A stretch of 64,000 nucleotides of DNA from Nemertoderma westbladi (Eukaryota > Animalia > Xenacoelomorpha). Each line of letters opens with the position of its first letter. Position 1 is the stretch's first letter. The position numbers and the translations under genes are program-made. The notes below the pieces were generated by a model. The model was not told the DNA's origin and did not search any database. It was given only the letters and a program-made list of their open reading frames with translations. The stretch is from the NCBI GenBank assembly GCA_032718475.1, contig JAUCBJ010004934.1, positions 1-64,000 on the forward strand. Reading direction: 5' to 3'. Below are positions 47,712-62,900 of this stretch, piece after piece.

Positions 47712-47946
47712 CATAATTAAAGCATTTATTTTAATTAAACCCTCAACCGAAGTCATGAGGCTCCAATCTAAGAAATTTTGGGGAATATTATATTTTAAAT
47801 GTGAGAAAATCCACAAAATGTATTACCTTAATTTGGATTTTGGCAGCCACTCTAGTGGGCCCCACAAGTGCAGGAAGAAAAATATTGTTAACCCACAGAT
47901 TTTAGCCTGTTGGAGGGAGCAAAAAAACGATAAATTAAACCATAAA

Positions 47947-50900
47947 CATTATACAATTATTAAAAATAAAGTAACTATATCAACATAGTTTGGGTACAGT
48001 CTAGAACTTTCATTATATTTGCTACTAAAAATAAAGTAACTATATCAACACAGTTTGGTTACAGTCTAGAACTTTCATTATATTTGCTATTAAAAATAAA
48101 GTAACTATATCAACACAGTTTGGGTACAGTCTAGAACTTTCATTATATTTGCTACTAAAAATAAAGTAACTATATCAACATAGTTTGGTTACAGTCTAGA
48201 ACTTTCATTATATTTGCTACTAAAAATAAAGTAACTATATCAACATAGTTTGGGTACAGTCTAGAACTTTCATTATATTTGCTACTAAAAATTACTGAGA
48301 GCGAGAATAACATTATATTTGCTACTAAAAATTACTGAGAGCGAGAATAACATTATATTTGCTACTAAAAATAAAGTAACTATATCAACACAGTTTGGGT
48401 ACAGTCTAGAACTTTCATTATATTTGCTACTAAAAATAAAGTAACTATATCAACATAGTTTGGGTACAGTCTAGAACTTTCATTATATTTGCTACTAAAA
48501 ATAAAGTAACTATATCAACACAGTTTGGGTACAGTCTAGAACTTTCATTATATTTGCTACTAAAAATAAAGTAACTATATCAACACAGTTTGGGTACAGT
48601 CTAGAACTTTCATTATATTTGCTACTAAAAATAAAGTAACTATATCAACATAGTTTGGGTACAGTCTAGAACTTTCATTATATTTGCTACTAAAAATTAC
48701 TGAGAGCGAGAATAACATTATATTTGCTACTAAAAATAAAGTAACTATATCAACACAGTTTGGGTACAGTCTAGAACTTTCATTATATTTGCTACTAAAA
48801 ATAAAGTAACTATATCAACACAGTTTGGGTACAGTCTAGAACTTTCATTATATTTGCTACTAAAAATAAAGTAACTATATCAACACAGTTTGGGTACAGT
48901 CTAGAACTTTCATTATATTTGCTACTAAAAATAAAGTAACTATATCAACATAGTTTGGGTACAGTCTAGAACTTTCATTATATTTGCTACTAAAAATTAC
49001 TGAGAGCGAGAATAACATTATATTTGCTACTAAAAATAAAGTAACTATATCAACACAGTTTGGGTACAGTCTAGAACTTTCATTATATTTGCTACTAAAA
49101 ATAAAGTAACTATATCAACACAGTTTGGGTACAGTCTAGAACTTTCATTATATTTGCTACTAAAAATTACTGAGAGCGAGAATAACATTATATTTGCTAC
49201 TAAAAATAAAGTAACTATATCAACACAGTTTGGGTACAGTCTAGAACTTTCATTATATTTGCTACTAAAAATAAAGTAACTATATCAACATAGTTTGGGT
49301 ACAGTCTAGAACTTTCATTATATTTGCTACTAAAAATTACTGAGAGCGAGAATAACATTATATTTGCTACTAAAAATAAAGTAACTATATCAACACAGTT
49401 TGGGTACAGTCTAGAACTTTCATTATATTTGCTACTAAAAATAAAGTAACTATATCAACACAGTTTGGGTACAGTCTAGAACTTTCATTATATTTGCTAC
49501 TAAAAATTACTGAGAGCGAGAATAACATTATATTTGCTACTAAAAATAAAGTAACTATATCAACACAGTTTGGGTACAGTCTAGAACTTTCATTATATTT
49601 GCTACTAAAAATAAAGTAACTATATCAACATAGTTTGGGTACAGTCTAGAACTTTCATTATATTTGCTACTAAAAATTACTGAGAGCGAGAATAACATTA
49701 TATTTGCTACTAAAAATAAAGTAACTATATCAACACAGTTTGGGTACAGTCTAGAACTTTCATTATATTTGCTACTAAAAATAAAGTAACTATATCAACA
49801 CAGTTTGGGTACAGTCTAGAACTTTCATTATATTTGCTACTAAAAATAAAGTAACTATATCAACATAGTTTGGGTACAGTCTAGAACTTTCATTGCGAGA
49901 GCGAGAATAACATTATATTTGCTACTAAAAATAAAGTAACTATATCAACACAGTTTGGGTACAGTCTAGAACTTTCATTGCGAGAGCGAGAATAACATTA
50001 TATTTGCTACTAAAAATAAAGTAACTATATCAACATAGTTTGGGTACAGTCTAGAACTTTCATTATATTTGCTACTAAAAATAAAGTAACTATATCAACA
50101 TATTTTGGGTACAGTCTAGAACTTTCATTATATTTGCTACTAAAAATAAAGTAACTATATCAACATAGTTTGGGTACAGTCTAGAACTTTCATTATATTT
50201 GCTACTAAAAATAAAGTAACTATATCAACATAGTTTGGGTACAGTCTAGAACTTTCATTATATTTGCTACTAAAAATAAAGTAACTATATCAACATAGTT
50301 TGGGTACAGTCTAGAACTTTCATTATATTTGCTACTAAAAATAAAGTAACTATATCAACATAGTTTGGGTACAGTCTAGAACTTTCATTGCGAGAGCGAG
50401 AATAACATTATATTTGCTACTAAAAATAAAGTAACTATATCAACACAGTTTGGGTACAGTCTAGAACTTTCATTATATTTGCTACTAAAAATAAAGTAAC
50501 TATATCAACATAGTTTGGGTACAGTCTAGAACTTTCATTATATTTGCTACTAAAAATAAAGTAACTATATCAACATAGTTTGGGTACAGTCTAGAACTTT
50601 CATTGCGAGAGCGAGAATAACATTATATTTGCTACTAAAAATAAAGTAACTATATCAACACAGTTTGGGTACAGTCTAGAACTTTCATTGCGAGAGCGAG
50701 AATAACATTATATTTGCTACTAAAAATAAAGTAACTATATCAACATAGTTTGGGTACAGTCTAGAACTTTCATTGCGAGAGCGAGAATAACATTATATTT
50801 GCTACTAAAAATAAAGTAACTATATCAACACAGTTTGGGTACAGTCTAGAACTTTCATTGCGAGAGCGAGAATAACATTATATTTGCTACTAAAAATAAA

Positions 50901-53900
50901 GTAACTATATCAACACAGTTTGGGTACAGTCTAGAACTTTCATTGCGAGAGCGAGAATAACATTATATTTGCTACTAAAAATAAAGTAACTATATCAACA
51001 CAGTTTGGGTACAGTCTAGAACTTTCATTATATTTGCTACTAAAAATAAAGTAACTATATCAACATAGTTTGGGTACAGTCTAGAACTTTCATTATATTT
51101 GCTACTAAAAATAAAGTAACTATATCAACATAGTTTGGGTACAGTCTAGAACTTTCATTGCGAGAGCGAGAATAACATTATATTTGCTACTAAAAATAAA
51201 GTAACTATATCAACACAGTTTGGGTACAGTCTAGAACTTTCATTATATTTGCTACTAAAAATAAAGTAACTATATCAACATAGTTTGGGTACAGTCTAGA
51301 ACTTTCATTATATTTGCTACTAAAAATAAAGTAACTATATCAACATAGTTTGGGTACAGTCTAGAACTTTCATTATATTTGCTACTAAAAATAAAGTAAC
51401 TATATCAACATAGTTTGGGTACAGTCTAGAACTTTCATTGCGAGAGCGAGAATAACATTATATTTGCTACTAAAAATAAAGTAACTATATCAACACAGTT
51501 TGGGTACAGTCTAGAACTTTCATTATATTTGCTACTAAAAATAAAGTAACTATATCAACATAGTTTGGGTACAGTCTAGAACTTTCATTATATTTGCTAC
51601 TAAAAATAAAGTAACTATATCAACATAGTTTGGGTACAGTCTAGAACTTTCATTGCGAGAGCGAGAATAACATTATATTTGCTACTAAAAATAAAGTAAC
51701 TATATCAACACAGTTTGGGTACAGTCTAGAACTTTCATTGCGAGAGCGAGAATAACATTATATTTGCTACTAAAAATAAAGTAACTATATCAACATAGTT
51801 TGGGTACAGTCTAGAACTTTCATTGCGAGAGCGAGAATAACATTATATTTGCTACTAAAAATAAAGTAACTATATCAACACAGTTTGGGTACAGTCTAGA
51901 ACTTTCATTGCGAGAGCGAGAATAACATTATATTTGCTACTAAAAATAAAGTAACTATATCAACACAGTTTGGGTACAGTCTAGAACTTTCATTGCGAGA
52001 GCGAGAATAACATTATATTTGCTACTAAAAATAAAGTAACTATATCAACACAGTTTGGGTACAGTCTAGAACTTTCATTGCGAGAGCGAGAATAACATTA
52101 TATTTGCTACTAAAAATAAAGTAACTATATCAACATATTTTGGGTACAGTCTAGAACTTTCATTATATTTGCTACTAAAAATAAAGTAACTATATCAACA
52201 TAGTTTGGGTACAGTCTAGAACTTTCATTATATTTGCTACTAAAAATAAAGTAACTATATCAACATAGTTTGGGTACAGTCTAGAACTTTCATTATATTT
52301 GCTACTAAAAATAAAGTAACTATATCAACATAGTTTGGGTACAGTCTAGAACTTTCATTATATTTGCTACTAAAAATAAAGTAACTATATCAACATAGTT
52401 TGGGTACAGTCTAGAACTTTCATTGCGAGAGCGAGAATAACATTATATTTGCTACTAAAAATAAAGTAACTATATCAACACAGTTTGGGTACAGTCTAGA
52501 ACTTTCATTATATTTGCTACTAAAAATAAAGTAACTATATCAACATAGTTTGGGTACAGTCTAGAACTTTCATTATATTTGCTACTAAAAATAAAGTAAC
52601 TATATCAACATAGTTTGGGTACAGTCTAGAACTTTCATTGCGAGAGCGAGAATAACATTATATTTGCTACTAAAAATAAAGTAACTATATCAACATAGTT
52701 TGGGTACAGTCTAGAACTTTCATTATATTTGCTACTAAAAATAAAGTAACTATATCAACATAGTTTGGGTACAGTCTAGAACTTTCATTATATTTGCTAC
52801 TAAAAATAAAGTAACTATATCAACATAGTTTGGGTACAGTCTAGAACTTTCATTGCGAGAGCGAGAATAACATTATATTTGCTACTAAAAATAAAGTAAC
52901 TATATCAACACAGTTTGGGTACAGTCTAGAACTTTCATTATATTTGCTACTAAAAATAAAGTAACTATATCAACATAGTTTGGGTACAGTCTAGAACTTT
53001 CATTGCGAGAGCGAGAATAACATTATATTTGCTACTAAAAATAAAGTAACTATATCAACATAGTTTGGGTACAGTCTAGAACTTTCATTATATTTGCTAC
53101 TAAAAATAAAGTAACTATATCAACATAGTTTGGGTACAGTCTAGAACTTTCATTATATTTGCTACTAAAAATAAAGTAACTATATCAACACAGTTTGGGT
53201 ACAGTCTAGAACTTTCATTATATTTGCTACTAAAAATAAAGTAACTATATCAACATAGTTTGGGTACAGTCTAGAACTTTCATTATATTTGCTACTAAAA
53301 ATAAAGTAACTATATCAACATAGTTTGGGTACAGTCTAGAACTTTCATTATATTTGCTACTAAAAATAAAGTAACTATATCAACATAGTTTGGGTACAGT
53401 CTAGAACTTTCATTATATTAGCTACTAAAAATAAAGTAACTATATCAACACAGTTTGGGTACAGTCTAGAACTTTCATTATATTTGCTACTAAAAATAAA
53501 GTAACTATATCAACATAGTTTGGGTACAGTCTAGAACTTTCATTATATTTGCTACTAAAAATAAAGTAACTATATCAACATAGTTTGGGTACAGTCTAGA
53601 ACTTTCATTATATTAGCTACTAAAAATAAAGTAACTATATCAACATAGTTTGGGTACAGTCTAGAACTTTCATTATATTAGCTACTAAAAATAAAGTAAC
53701 TATATCAACATAGTTTGGGTACAGTCTAGAACTTTCATTGCGAGAGCGAGAATAACATTATATTTGCTACTAAAAATAAAGTAACTATATCAACATAGTT
53801 TGGGTACAGTCTAGAACTTTCATTATATTTGCTACTAAAAATAAAGTAACTATATCAACATAGTTTGGGTACAGTCTAGAACTTTCATTGCGAGAGCGAG

Positions 53901-56900
53901 AATAACATTATATTTGCTACTAAAAATAAAGTAACTATATCAACATAGTTTGGGTACAGTCTAGAACTTTCATTATATTTGCTACTAAAAATAAAGTAAC
54001 TATATCAACATAGTTTGGGTACAGTCTAGAACTTTCATTGCGAGAGCGAGAATAACATTATATTTGCTACTAAAAATAAAGTAACTATATCAACATAGTT
54101 TGGGTACAGTCTAGAACTTTCATTATATTTGCTACTAAAAATAAAGTAACTATATCAACATAGTTTGGGTACAGTCTAGAACTTTCATTATATTTGCTAC
54201 TAAAAATTACTGAGAGCGAGAATAACATTATATTTGCTACTAAAAATAAAGTAACTATATCAACATAGTTTGGGTACAGTCTAGAACTTTCATTATATTT
54301 GCTACTAAAAATAAAGTAACTATATCAACATAGTTTGGGTACAGTCTAGAACTTTCATTATATTTGCTACTAAAAATAAAGTAACTATATCAACACAGTT
54401 TGGGTACAGTCTAGAACTTTCATTATATTTGCTACTAAAAATAAAGTAACTATATCAACATAGTTTGGGTACAGTCTAGAACTTTCATTATATTTGCTAC
54501 TAAAAATAAAGTAACTATATCAACATAGTTTGGGTACAGTCTAGAACTTTCATTATATTTGCTACTAAAAATAAAGTAACTATATCAACACAGTTTGGGT
54601 ACAGTCTAGAACTTTCATTATATTTGCTACTAAAAATAAAGTAACTATATCAACATAGTTTGGGTACAGTCTAGAACTTTCATTATATTTGCTACTAAAA
54701 ATAAAGTAACTATATCAACATAGTTTGGGTACAGTCTAGAACTTTCATTATATTTGCTACTAAAAATAAAGTAACTATATCAACATAGTTTGGGTACAGT
54801 CTAGAACTTTCATTATATTTGCTACTAAAAATAAAGTAACTATATCAACATAGTTTGGGTACAGTCTAGAACTTTCATTATATTTGCTACTAAAAATTAC
54901 TGAGAGCGAGAGAACTTTCATTATATTAGCTACTAAAAATAAAGTAACTATATCAACATAGTTTGGGTACAGTCTAGAACTTTCATTATATTTGCTACTA
55001 AAAATAAAGTAACTATATCAACATAGTTTGGGTACAGTCTAGAACTTTCATTATATTTGCTACTAAAAATAAAGTAACTATATCAACATAGTTTGGGTAC
55101 AGTCTAGAACTTTCATTATATTTGCTACTAAAAATAAAGTAACTATATCAACATAGTTTGGGTACAGTCTAGAACTTTCATTATATTTGCTACTAAAAAT
55201 TACTGAGAGCGAGAGAACTTTCATTATATTAGCTACTAAAAATAAAGTAACTATATCAACATAGTTTGGGTACAGTCTAGAACTTTCATTATATTTGCTA
55301 CTAAAAATAAAGTAACTATATCAACATAGTTTGGGTACAGTCTAGAACTTTCATTATATTTGCTACTAAAAATAAAGTAACTATATCAACACAGTTTGGG
55401 TACAGTCTAGAACTTTCATTATATTTGCTACTAAAAATAAAGTAACTATATCAACATAGTTTGGGTACAGTCTAGAACTTTCATTATATTTGCTATTAAA
55501 AATAAAGTAACTATATCAACATAGTTTGGGTACAGTCTAGAACTTTCATTATATTTGCTACTAAAAATAAAGTAACTATATCAACATAGTTTGGGTACAG
55601 TCTAGAACTTTCATTATATTTGCTATTAAAAATAAAGTAACTATATCAACACAGTTTGGGTACAGTCTAGAACTTTCATTATATTTGCTATTAAAAATAA
55701 AGTAACTATATCAACATAGTTTGGGTACAGTCTAGAACTTTCATTATATTTGCTATTAAAAATAAAGTAACTATATCAACATAGTTTGGGTACAGTCCAG
55801 AACTTTCATTATATTTGCTACTAAAAATAAAGTAACTATATCAACATAGTTTGGGTACAGTCTAGAACTTTCATTATATTTGCTACTAAAAATTACTGAG
55901 AGCGAGAATAACATTATATTTGCTACTAAAAATAAAGTAACTATATCAACATAGTTTGGGTACAGTCTAGAACTTTCATTATATTTGCTACTAAAAATAA
56001 AGTAACTATATCAACACAGTTTGGGTACAGTCTAGAACTTTCATTATATTTGCTACTAAAAATAAAGTAACTATATCAACACAGTTTGGGTACAGTCTAG
56101 AACTTTCATTATATTTGCTACTAAAAATTACCGAGAGCGAGAATAACATTATATTTGCTACTAAAAATAAAGTAACTATATCAACACAGTTTGGGTACAG
56201 TCTAGAACTTTCATTATATTTGCTATTAAAAATAAAGTAACTATATCAACATAGTTTGGGTACAGTCTAGAACTTTCATTATATTTGCTATTAAAAATAA
56301 AGTAACTATATCAACATAGTTTGGGTACAGTCTAGAACTTTCATTATATTTGCTACTAAAAATAAAGTAACTATATCAACATAGTTTGGGTACAGTCTAG
56401 AACTTTCATTATATTTGCTACTAAAAATTACTGAGAGCGAGAATAACATTATATTTGCTACTAAAAATAAAGTAACTATATCAACATAGTTTGGGTACAG
56501 TCTAGAACTTTCATTATATTTGCTACTAAAAATAAAGTAACTATATCAACACAGTTTGGGTACAGTCTAGAACTTTCATTATATTTGCTACTAAAAATAA
56601 AGTAACTATATCAACACAGTTTGGGTACAGTCTAGAACTTTCATTATATTTGCTACTAAAAATTACCGAGAGCGAGAATAACATTATATTTGCTACTAAA
56701 AATAAAGTAACTATATCAACACAGTTTGGGTACAGTCTAGAACTTTCATTATATTTGCTACTAAAAATAAAGTAACTATATCAACACAGTTTGGGTACAG
56801 TCTAGAACTTTCATTATATTTGCTACTAAAAATTACCGAGAGCGAGAATAACATTATATTTGCTACTAAAAATAAAGTAACTATATCAACACAGTTTGGG

Positions 56901-59900
56901 TACAGTCTAGAACTTTCATTATATTTGCTACTAAAAATTACCGAGAGCGAGAATAACATTATATTTGCTACTAAAAATAAAGTAACTATATCAACACAGT
57001 TTGGGTACAGTCTAGAACTTTCATTATATTTGCTACTAAAAATAAAGTAACTATATCAACATAGTTTGGGTACAGTCTAGAACTTTCATTATATTTGCTA
57101 CTAAAAATAAAGTAACTATATCAACACAGTTTGGGTACAGTCTAGAACTTTCATTATATTTGCTACTAAAAATAAAGTAACTATATCAACATAGTTTGGG
57201 TACAGTCTAGAACTTTCATTATATTTGCTACTAAAAATAAAGTAACTATATCAACATAGTTTGGGTACAGTCTAGAACTTTCATTATATTTGCTACTAAA
57301 AATAAAGTAACTATATCAACATAGTTTGGGTACAGTCTAGAACTTTCATTATATTTGCTACTAAAAATAAAGTAACTATATCAACATAGTTTGGGTACAG
57401 TCTAGAACTTTCATTATATTTGCTACTAAAAATAAAGTAACTATATCAACATAGTTTGGGTACAGTCTAGAACTTTCATTATATTTGCTACTAAAAATAA
57501 AGTAACTATATCAACATAGTTTGGGTACAGTCTAGAACTTTCATTATATTTGCTACTAAAAATAAAGTAACTATATCAACATAGTTTGGGTACAGTCTAG
57601 AACTTTCATTATATTTGCTACTAAAAATTACTGAGAGCGAGAGAACTTTCATTATATTTGCTACTAAAAATAAAGTAACTATATCAACACAGTTTGGGTA
57701 CAGTCTAGAACTTTCATTATATTTGCTACTAAAAATAAAGTAACTATATCAACATAGTTTGGGTACAGTCTAGAACTTTCATTATATTTGCTACTAAAAA
57801 TAAAGTAACTATATCAACATAGTTTGGGTACAGTCTAGAACTTTCATTATATTTGCTACTAAAAATAAAGTAACTATATCAACACAGTTTGGGTACAGTC
57901 TAGAACTTTCATTATATTTGCTACTAAAAATTACTGAGAGCGAGAGAACTTTCATTATATTAGCTACTAAAAATAAAGTAACTATATCAACATAGTTTGG
58001 GTACAGTCTAGAACTTTCATTATATTTGCTACTAAAAATAAAGTAACTATATCAACATAGTTTGGGTACAGTCTAGAACTTTCATTATATTTGCTACTAA
58101 AAATTACCGAGAGCGAGAATAACATTATATTTGCTACTAAAAATAAAGTAACTATATCAACACAGTTTGGGTACAGTCTAGAACTTTCATTATATTTGCT
58201 ACTAAAAATAAAGTAACTATATCAACACAGTTTGGGTACAGTCTAGAACTTTCATTATATTTGCTACTAAAAATAAAGTAACTATATCAACACAGTTTGG
58301 GTACAGTCTAGAACTTTCATTATATTTGCTACTAAAAATAAAGTAACTATATCAACATAGTTTGGGTACAGTCTAGAACTTTCATTATATTTGCTACTAA
58401 AAATAAAGTAACTATATCAACACAGTTTGGGTACAGTCTAGAACTTTCATTATATTTGCTACTAAAAATTACCGAGAGCGAGAATAACATTATATTTGCT
58501 ACTAAAAATAAAGTAACTATATCAACACAGTTTGGGTACAGTCTAGAACTTTCATTATATTTGCTACTAAAAATAAAGTAACTATATCAACACAGTTTGG
58601 TTACAGTCTAGAACTTTCATTATATTTGCTACTAAAAATTACCGAGAGCGAGAATAACATTATATTTGCTACTAAAAATAAAGTAACTATATCAACACAG
58701 TTTGGTTACAGTCTAGAACTTTCATTATATTTGCTACTAAAAATTACCGAGAGCGAGAATAACATTATATTTGCTACTAAAAATAAAGTAACTATATCAA
58801 CATAGTTTGGGTACAGTCTAGAACTTTCATTATATTTGCTACTAAAAATAAAGTAACTATATCAACATAGTTTGGGTACAGTCTAGAACTTTCATTATAT
58901 TTGCTACTAAAAATTACCGAGAGCGAGAATAACATTATATTTGCTACTAAAAATAAAGTAACTATATCAACACAGTTTGGGTACAGTCTAGAACTTTCAT
59001 TATATTTGCTACTAAAAATTACCGAGAGCGAGAATAACATTATATTTGCTACTAAAAATAAAGTAACTATATCAACATAGTTTGGGTACAGTCTAGAACT
59101 TTCATTATATTTGCTACTAAAAATAAAGTAACTATATCAACATAGTTTGGGTACAGTCTAGAACTTTCATTATATTTGCTACTAAAAATTACCGAGAGCG
59201 AGAATAACATTATATTTGCTACTAAAAATAAAGTAACTATATCAACATAGTTTGGGTACAGTCTAGAACTTTCATTATATTTGCTACTAAAAATTACCGA
59301 GAGCGAGAATAACATTATATTTGCTACTAAAAATAAAGTAACTATATCAACATAGTTTGGGTACAGTCTAGAACTTTCATTATATTTGCTACTAAAAATT
59401 ACCGAGAGCGAGAATAACATTATATTTGCTACTAAAAATAAAGTAACTATATCAACATAGTTTGGGTACAGTCTAGAACTTTCATTATATTTGCTACTAA
59501 AAATAAAGTAACTATATCAACACAGTTTGGGTACAGTCTAGAACTTTCATTATATTTGCTACTAAAAATTACCGAGAGCGAGAATAACATTATATTTGCT
59601 ACTAAAAATAAAGTAACTATATCAACATAGTTTGGGTACAGTCTAGAACTTTCATTATATTTGCTACTAAAAATAAAGTAACTATATCAACATAGTTTGG
59701 GTACAGTCTAGAACTTTCATTATATTTGCTACTAAAAATAAAGTAACTATATCAACATAGTTTGGGTACAGTCTAGAACTTTCATTATATTTGCTACTAA
59801 AAATTACCGAGAGCGATAATAACATTATATTTGCTACTAAAAATAAAGTAACTATATCAACACAGTTTGGGTACAGTCTAGAACTTTCATTATATTTGCT

Positions 59901-62900
59901 ACTAAAAATTACCGAGAGCGAGAATAACATTATATTTGCTACTAAAAATAAAGTAACTATATCAACATAGTTTGGGTACAGTCTAGAACTTTCATTATAT
60001 TTGCTACTAAAAATTACCGAGAGCGATAATAACATTATATTTGCTACTAAAAATAAAGTAACTATATCAACACAGTTTGGGTACAGTCTAGAACTTTCAT
60101 TATATTTGCTACTAAAAATTACCGAGAGCGAGAATAACATTATATTTGCTACTAAAAATAAAGTAACTATATCAACACAGTTTGGGTACAGTCTAGAACT
60201 TTCATTATATTTGCTACTAAAAATAAAGTAACTATATCAACACAGTTTGGGTACAGTCTAGAACTTTCATTATATTTGCTACTAAAAATTACCGAGAGCG
60301 AGAATAACATTATATTTGCTACTAAAAATAAAGTAACTATATCAACACAGTTTGGGTACAGTCTAGAACTTTCATTATATTTGCTACTAAAAATTACCGA
60401 GAGCGAGAATAACATTATATTTGCTACTAAAAATAAAGTAACTATATCAACACAGTTTGGGTACAGTCTAGAACTTTCATTATATTTGCTACTAAAAATA
60501 AAGTAACTATATCAACACAGTTTGGGTACAGTCTAGAACTTTCATTATATTTGCTACTAAAAATAAAGTAACTATATCAACACAGTTTGGGTACAGTCTA
60601 GAACTTTCATTATATTTGCTACTAAAAATTACCGAGAGCGAGAATAACATTATATTTGCTACTAAAAATAAAGTAACTATATCAACACAGTTTGGGTACA
60701 GTCTAGAACTTTCATTATATTTGCTACTAAAAATTACCGAGAGCGAGAATAACATTATATTTGCTACTAAAAATAAAGTAACTATATCAACATAGTTTGG
60801 GTACAGTCTAGAACTTTCATTATATTTGCTACTAAAAATAAAGTAACTATATCAACACAGTTTGGGTACAGTCTAGAACTTTCATTATATTTGCTACTAA
60901 AAATTACCGAGAGCGAGAATAACATTATATTTGCTACTAAAAATAAAGTAACTATATCAACACAGTTTGGTTACAGTCTAGAACTTTCATTATATTTGCT
61001 ACTAAAAATTACCGAGAGCGAGAATAACATTATATTTGCTACTAAAAATAAAGTAACTATATCAACACAGTTTGGGTACAGTCTAGAACTTTCATTATAT
61101 TTGCTACTAAAAATAAAGTAACTATATCAACACAGTTTGGGTACAGTCTAGAACTTTCATTATATTTGCTACTAAAAATTACCGAGAGCGAGAATAACAT
61201 TATATTTGCTACTAAAAATAAAGTAACTATATCAACATAGTTTGGGTACAGTCTAGAACTTTCATTATATTTGCTACTAAAAATTACCGAGAGCGAGAAT
61301 AACATTATATTTGCTACTAAAAATAAAGTAACTATATCAACACAGTTTGGGTACAGTCTAGAACTTTCATTATATTTGCTACTAAAAATAAAGTAACTAT
61401 ATCAACATAGTTTGGGTACAGTCTAGAACTTTCATTATATTTGCTACTAAAAATAAAGTAACTATATCAACACAGTTTGGTTACAGTCTAGAACTTTCAT
61501 TATATTTGCTACTAAAAATTACCGAGAGCGAGAATAACATTATATTAGCTACTAAAAATAAAGTAACTATATCAACATAGTTTGGGTACAGTCTAGAACT
61601 TTCATTATATTTGCTACTAAAAATAAAGTAACTATATCAACATAGTTTGGGTACAGTCTAGAACTTTCATTATATTTGCTACTAAAAATTACCGAGAGCG
61701 AGAATAACATTATATTTGCTACTAAAAATAAAGTAACTATATCAACATAGTTTGGGTACAGTCTAGAACTTTCATTATATTTGCTACTAAAAATAAAGTA
61801 ACTATATCAACACAGTTTGGTTACAGTCTAGAACTTTCATTATATTTGCTACTAAAAATAAAGTAACTATATCAACACAGTTTGGTTACAGTCTAGAACT
61901 TTCATTATATTTGCTACTAAAAATAAAGTAACTATATCAACACAGTTTGGGTACAGTCTAGAACTTTCATTATATTTGCTACTAAAAATAAAGTAACTAT
62001 ATCAACATAGTTTGGTTACAGTCTAGAACTTTCATTATATTTGCTACTAAAAATTACCGAGAGCGAGAATAACATTATATTTGCTACTAAAAATAAAGTA
62101 ACTATATCAACATAGTTTGGGTACAGTCTAGAACTTTCATTATATTTGCTACTAAAAATAAAGTAACTATATCAACACAGTTTGGTTACAGTCTAGAACT
62201 TTCATTATATTTGCTACTAAAAATAAAGTAACTATATCAACATAGTTTGGTTACAGTCTAGAACTTTCATTATATTTGCTACTAAAAATAAAGTAACTAT
62301 ATCAACACAGTTTGGTTACAGTCTAGAACTTTCATTATATTTGCTACTAAAAATAAAGTAACTATATCAACATAGTTTGGTTACAGTCTAGAACTTTCAT
62401 TATATTTGCTACTAAAAATAAAGTAACTATATCAACACAGTTTGGGTACAGTCTAGAACTTTCATTATATTTGCTACTAAAAATTACCGAGAGCGAGAAT
62501 AACATTATATTTGCTACTAAAAATAAAGTAACTATATCAACATAGTTTGGTTACAGTCTAGAACTTTCATTATATTTGCTACTAAAAATAAAGTAACTAT
62601 ATCAACATAGTTTGGTTACAGTCTAGAACTTTCATTATATTTGCTACTAAAAATTACCGAGAGCGAGAATAACATTATATTTGCTACTAAAAATAAAGTA
62701 ACTATATCAACACAGTTTGGGTACAGTCTAGAACTTTCATTATATTTGCTACTAAAAATAAAGTAACTATATCAACACAGTTTGGTTACAGTCTAGAACT
62801 TTCATTATATTTGCTACTAAAAATTACCGAGAGCGAGAATAACATTATATTTGCTACTAAAAATAAAGTAACTATATCAACACAGTTTGGTTACAGTCTA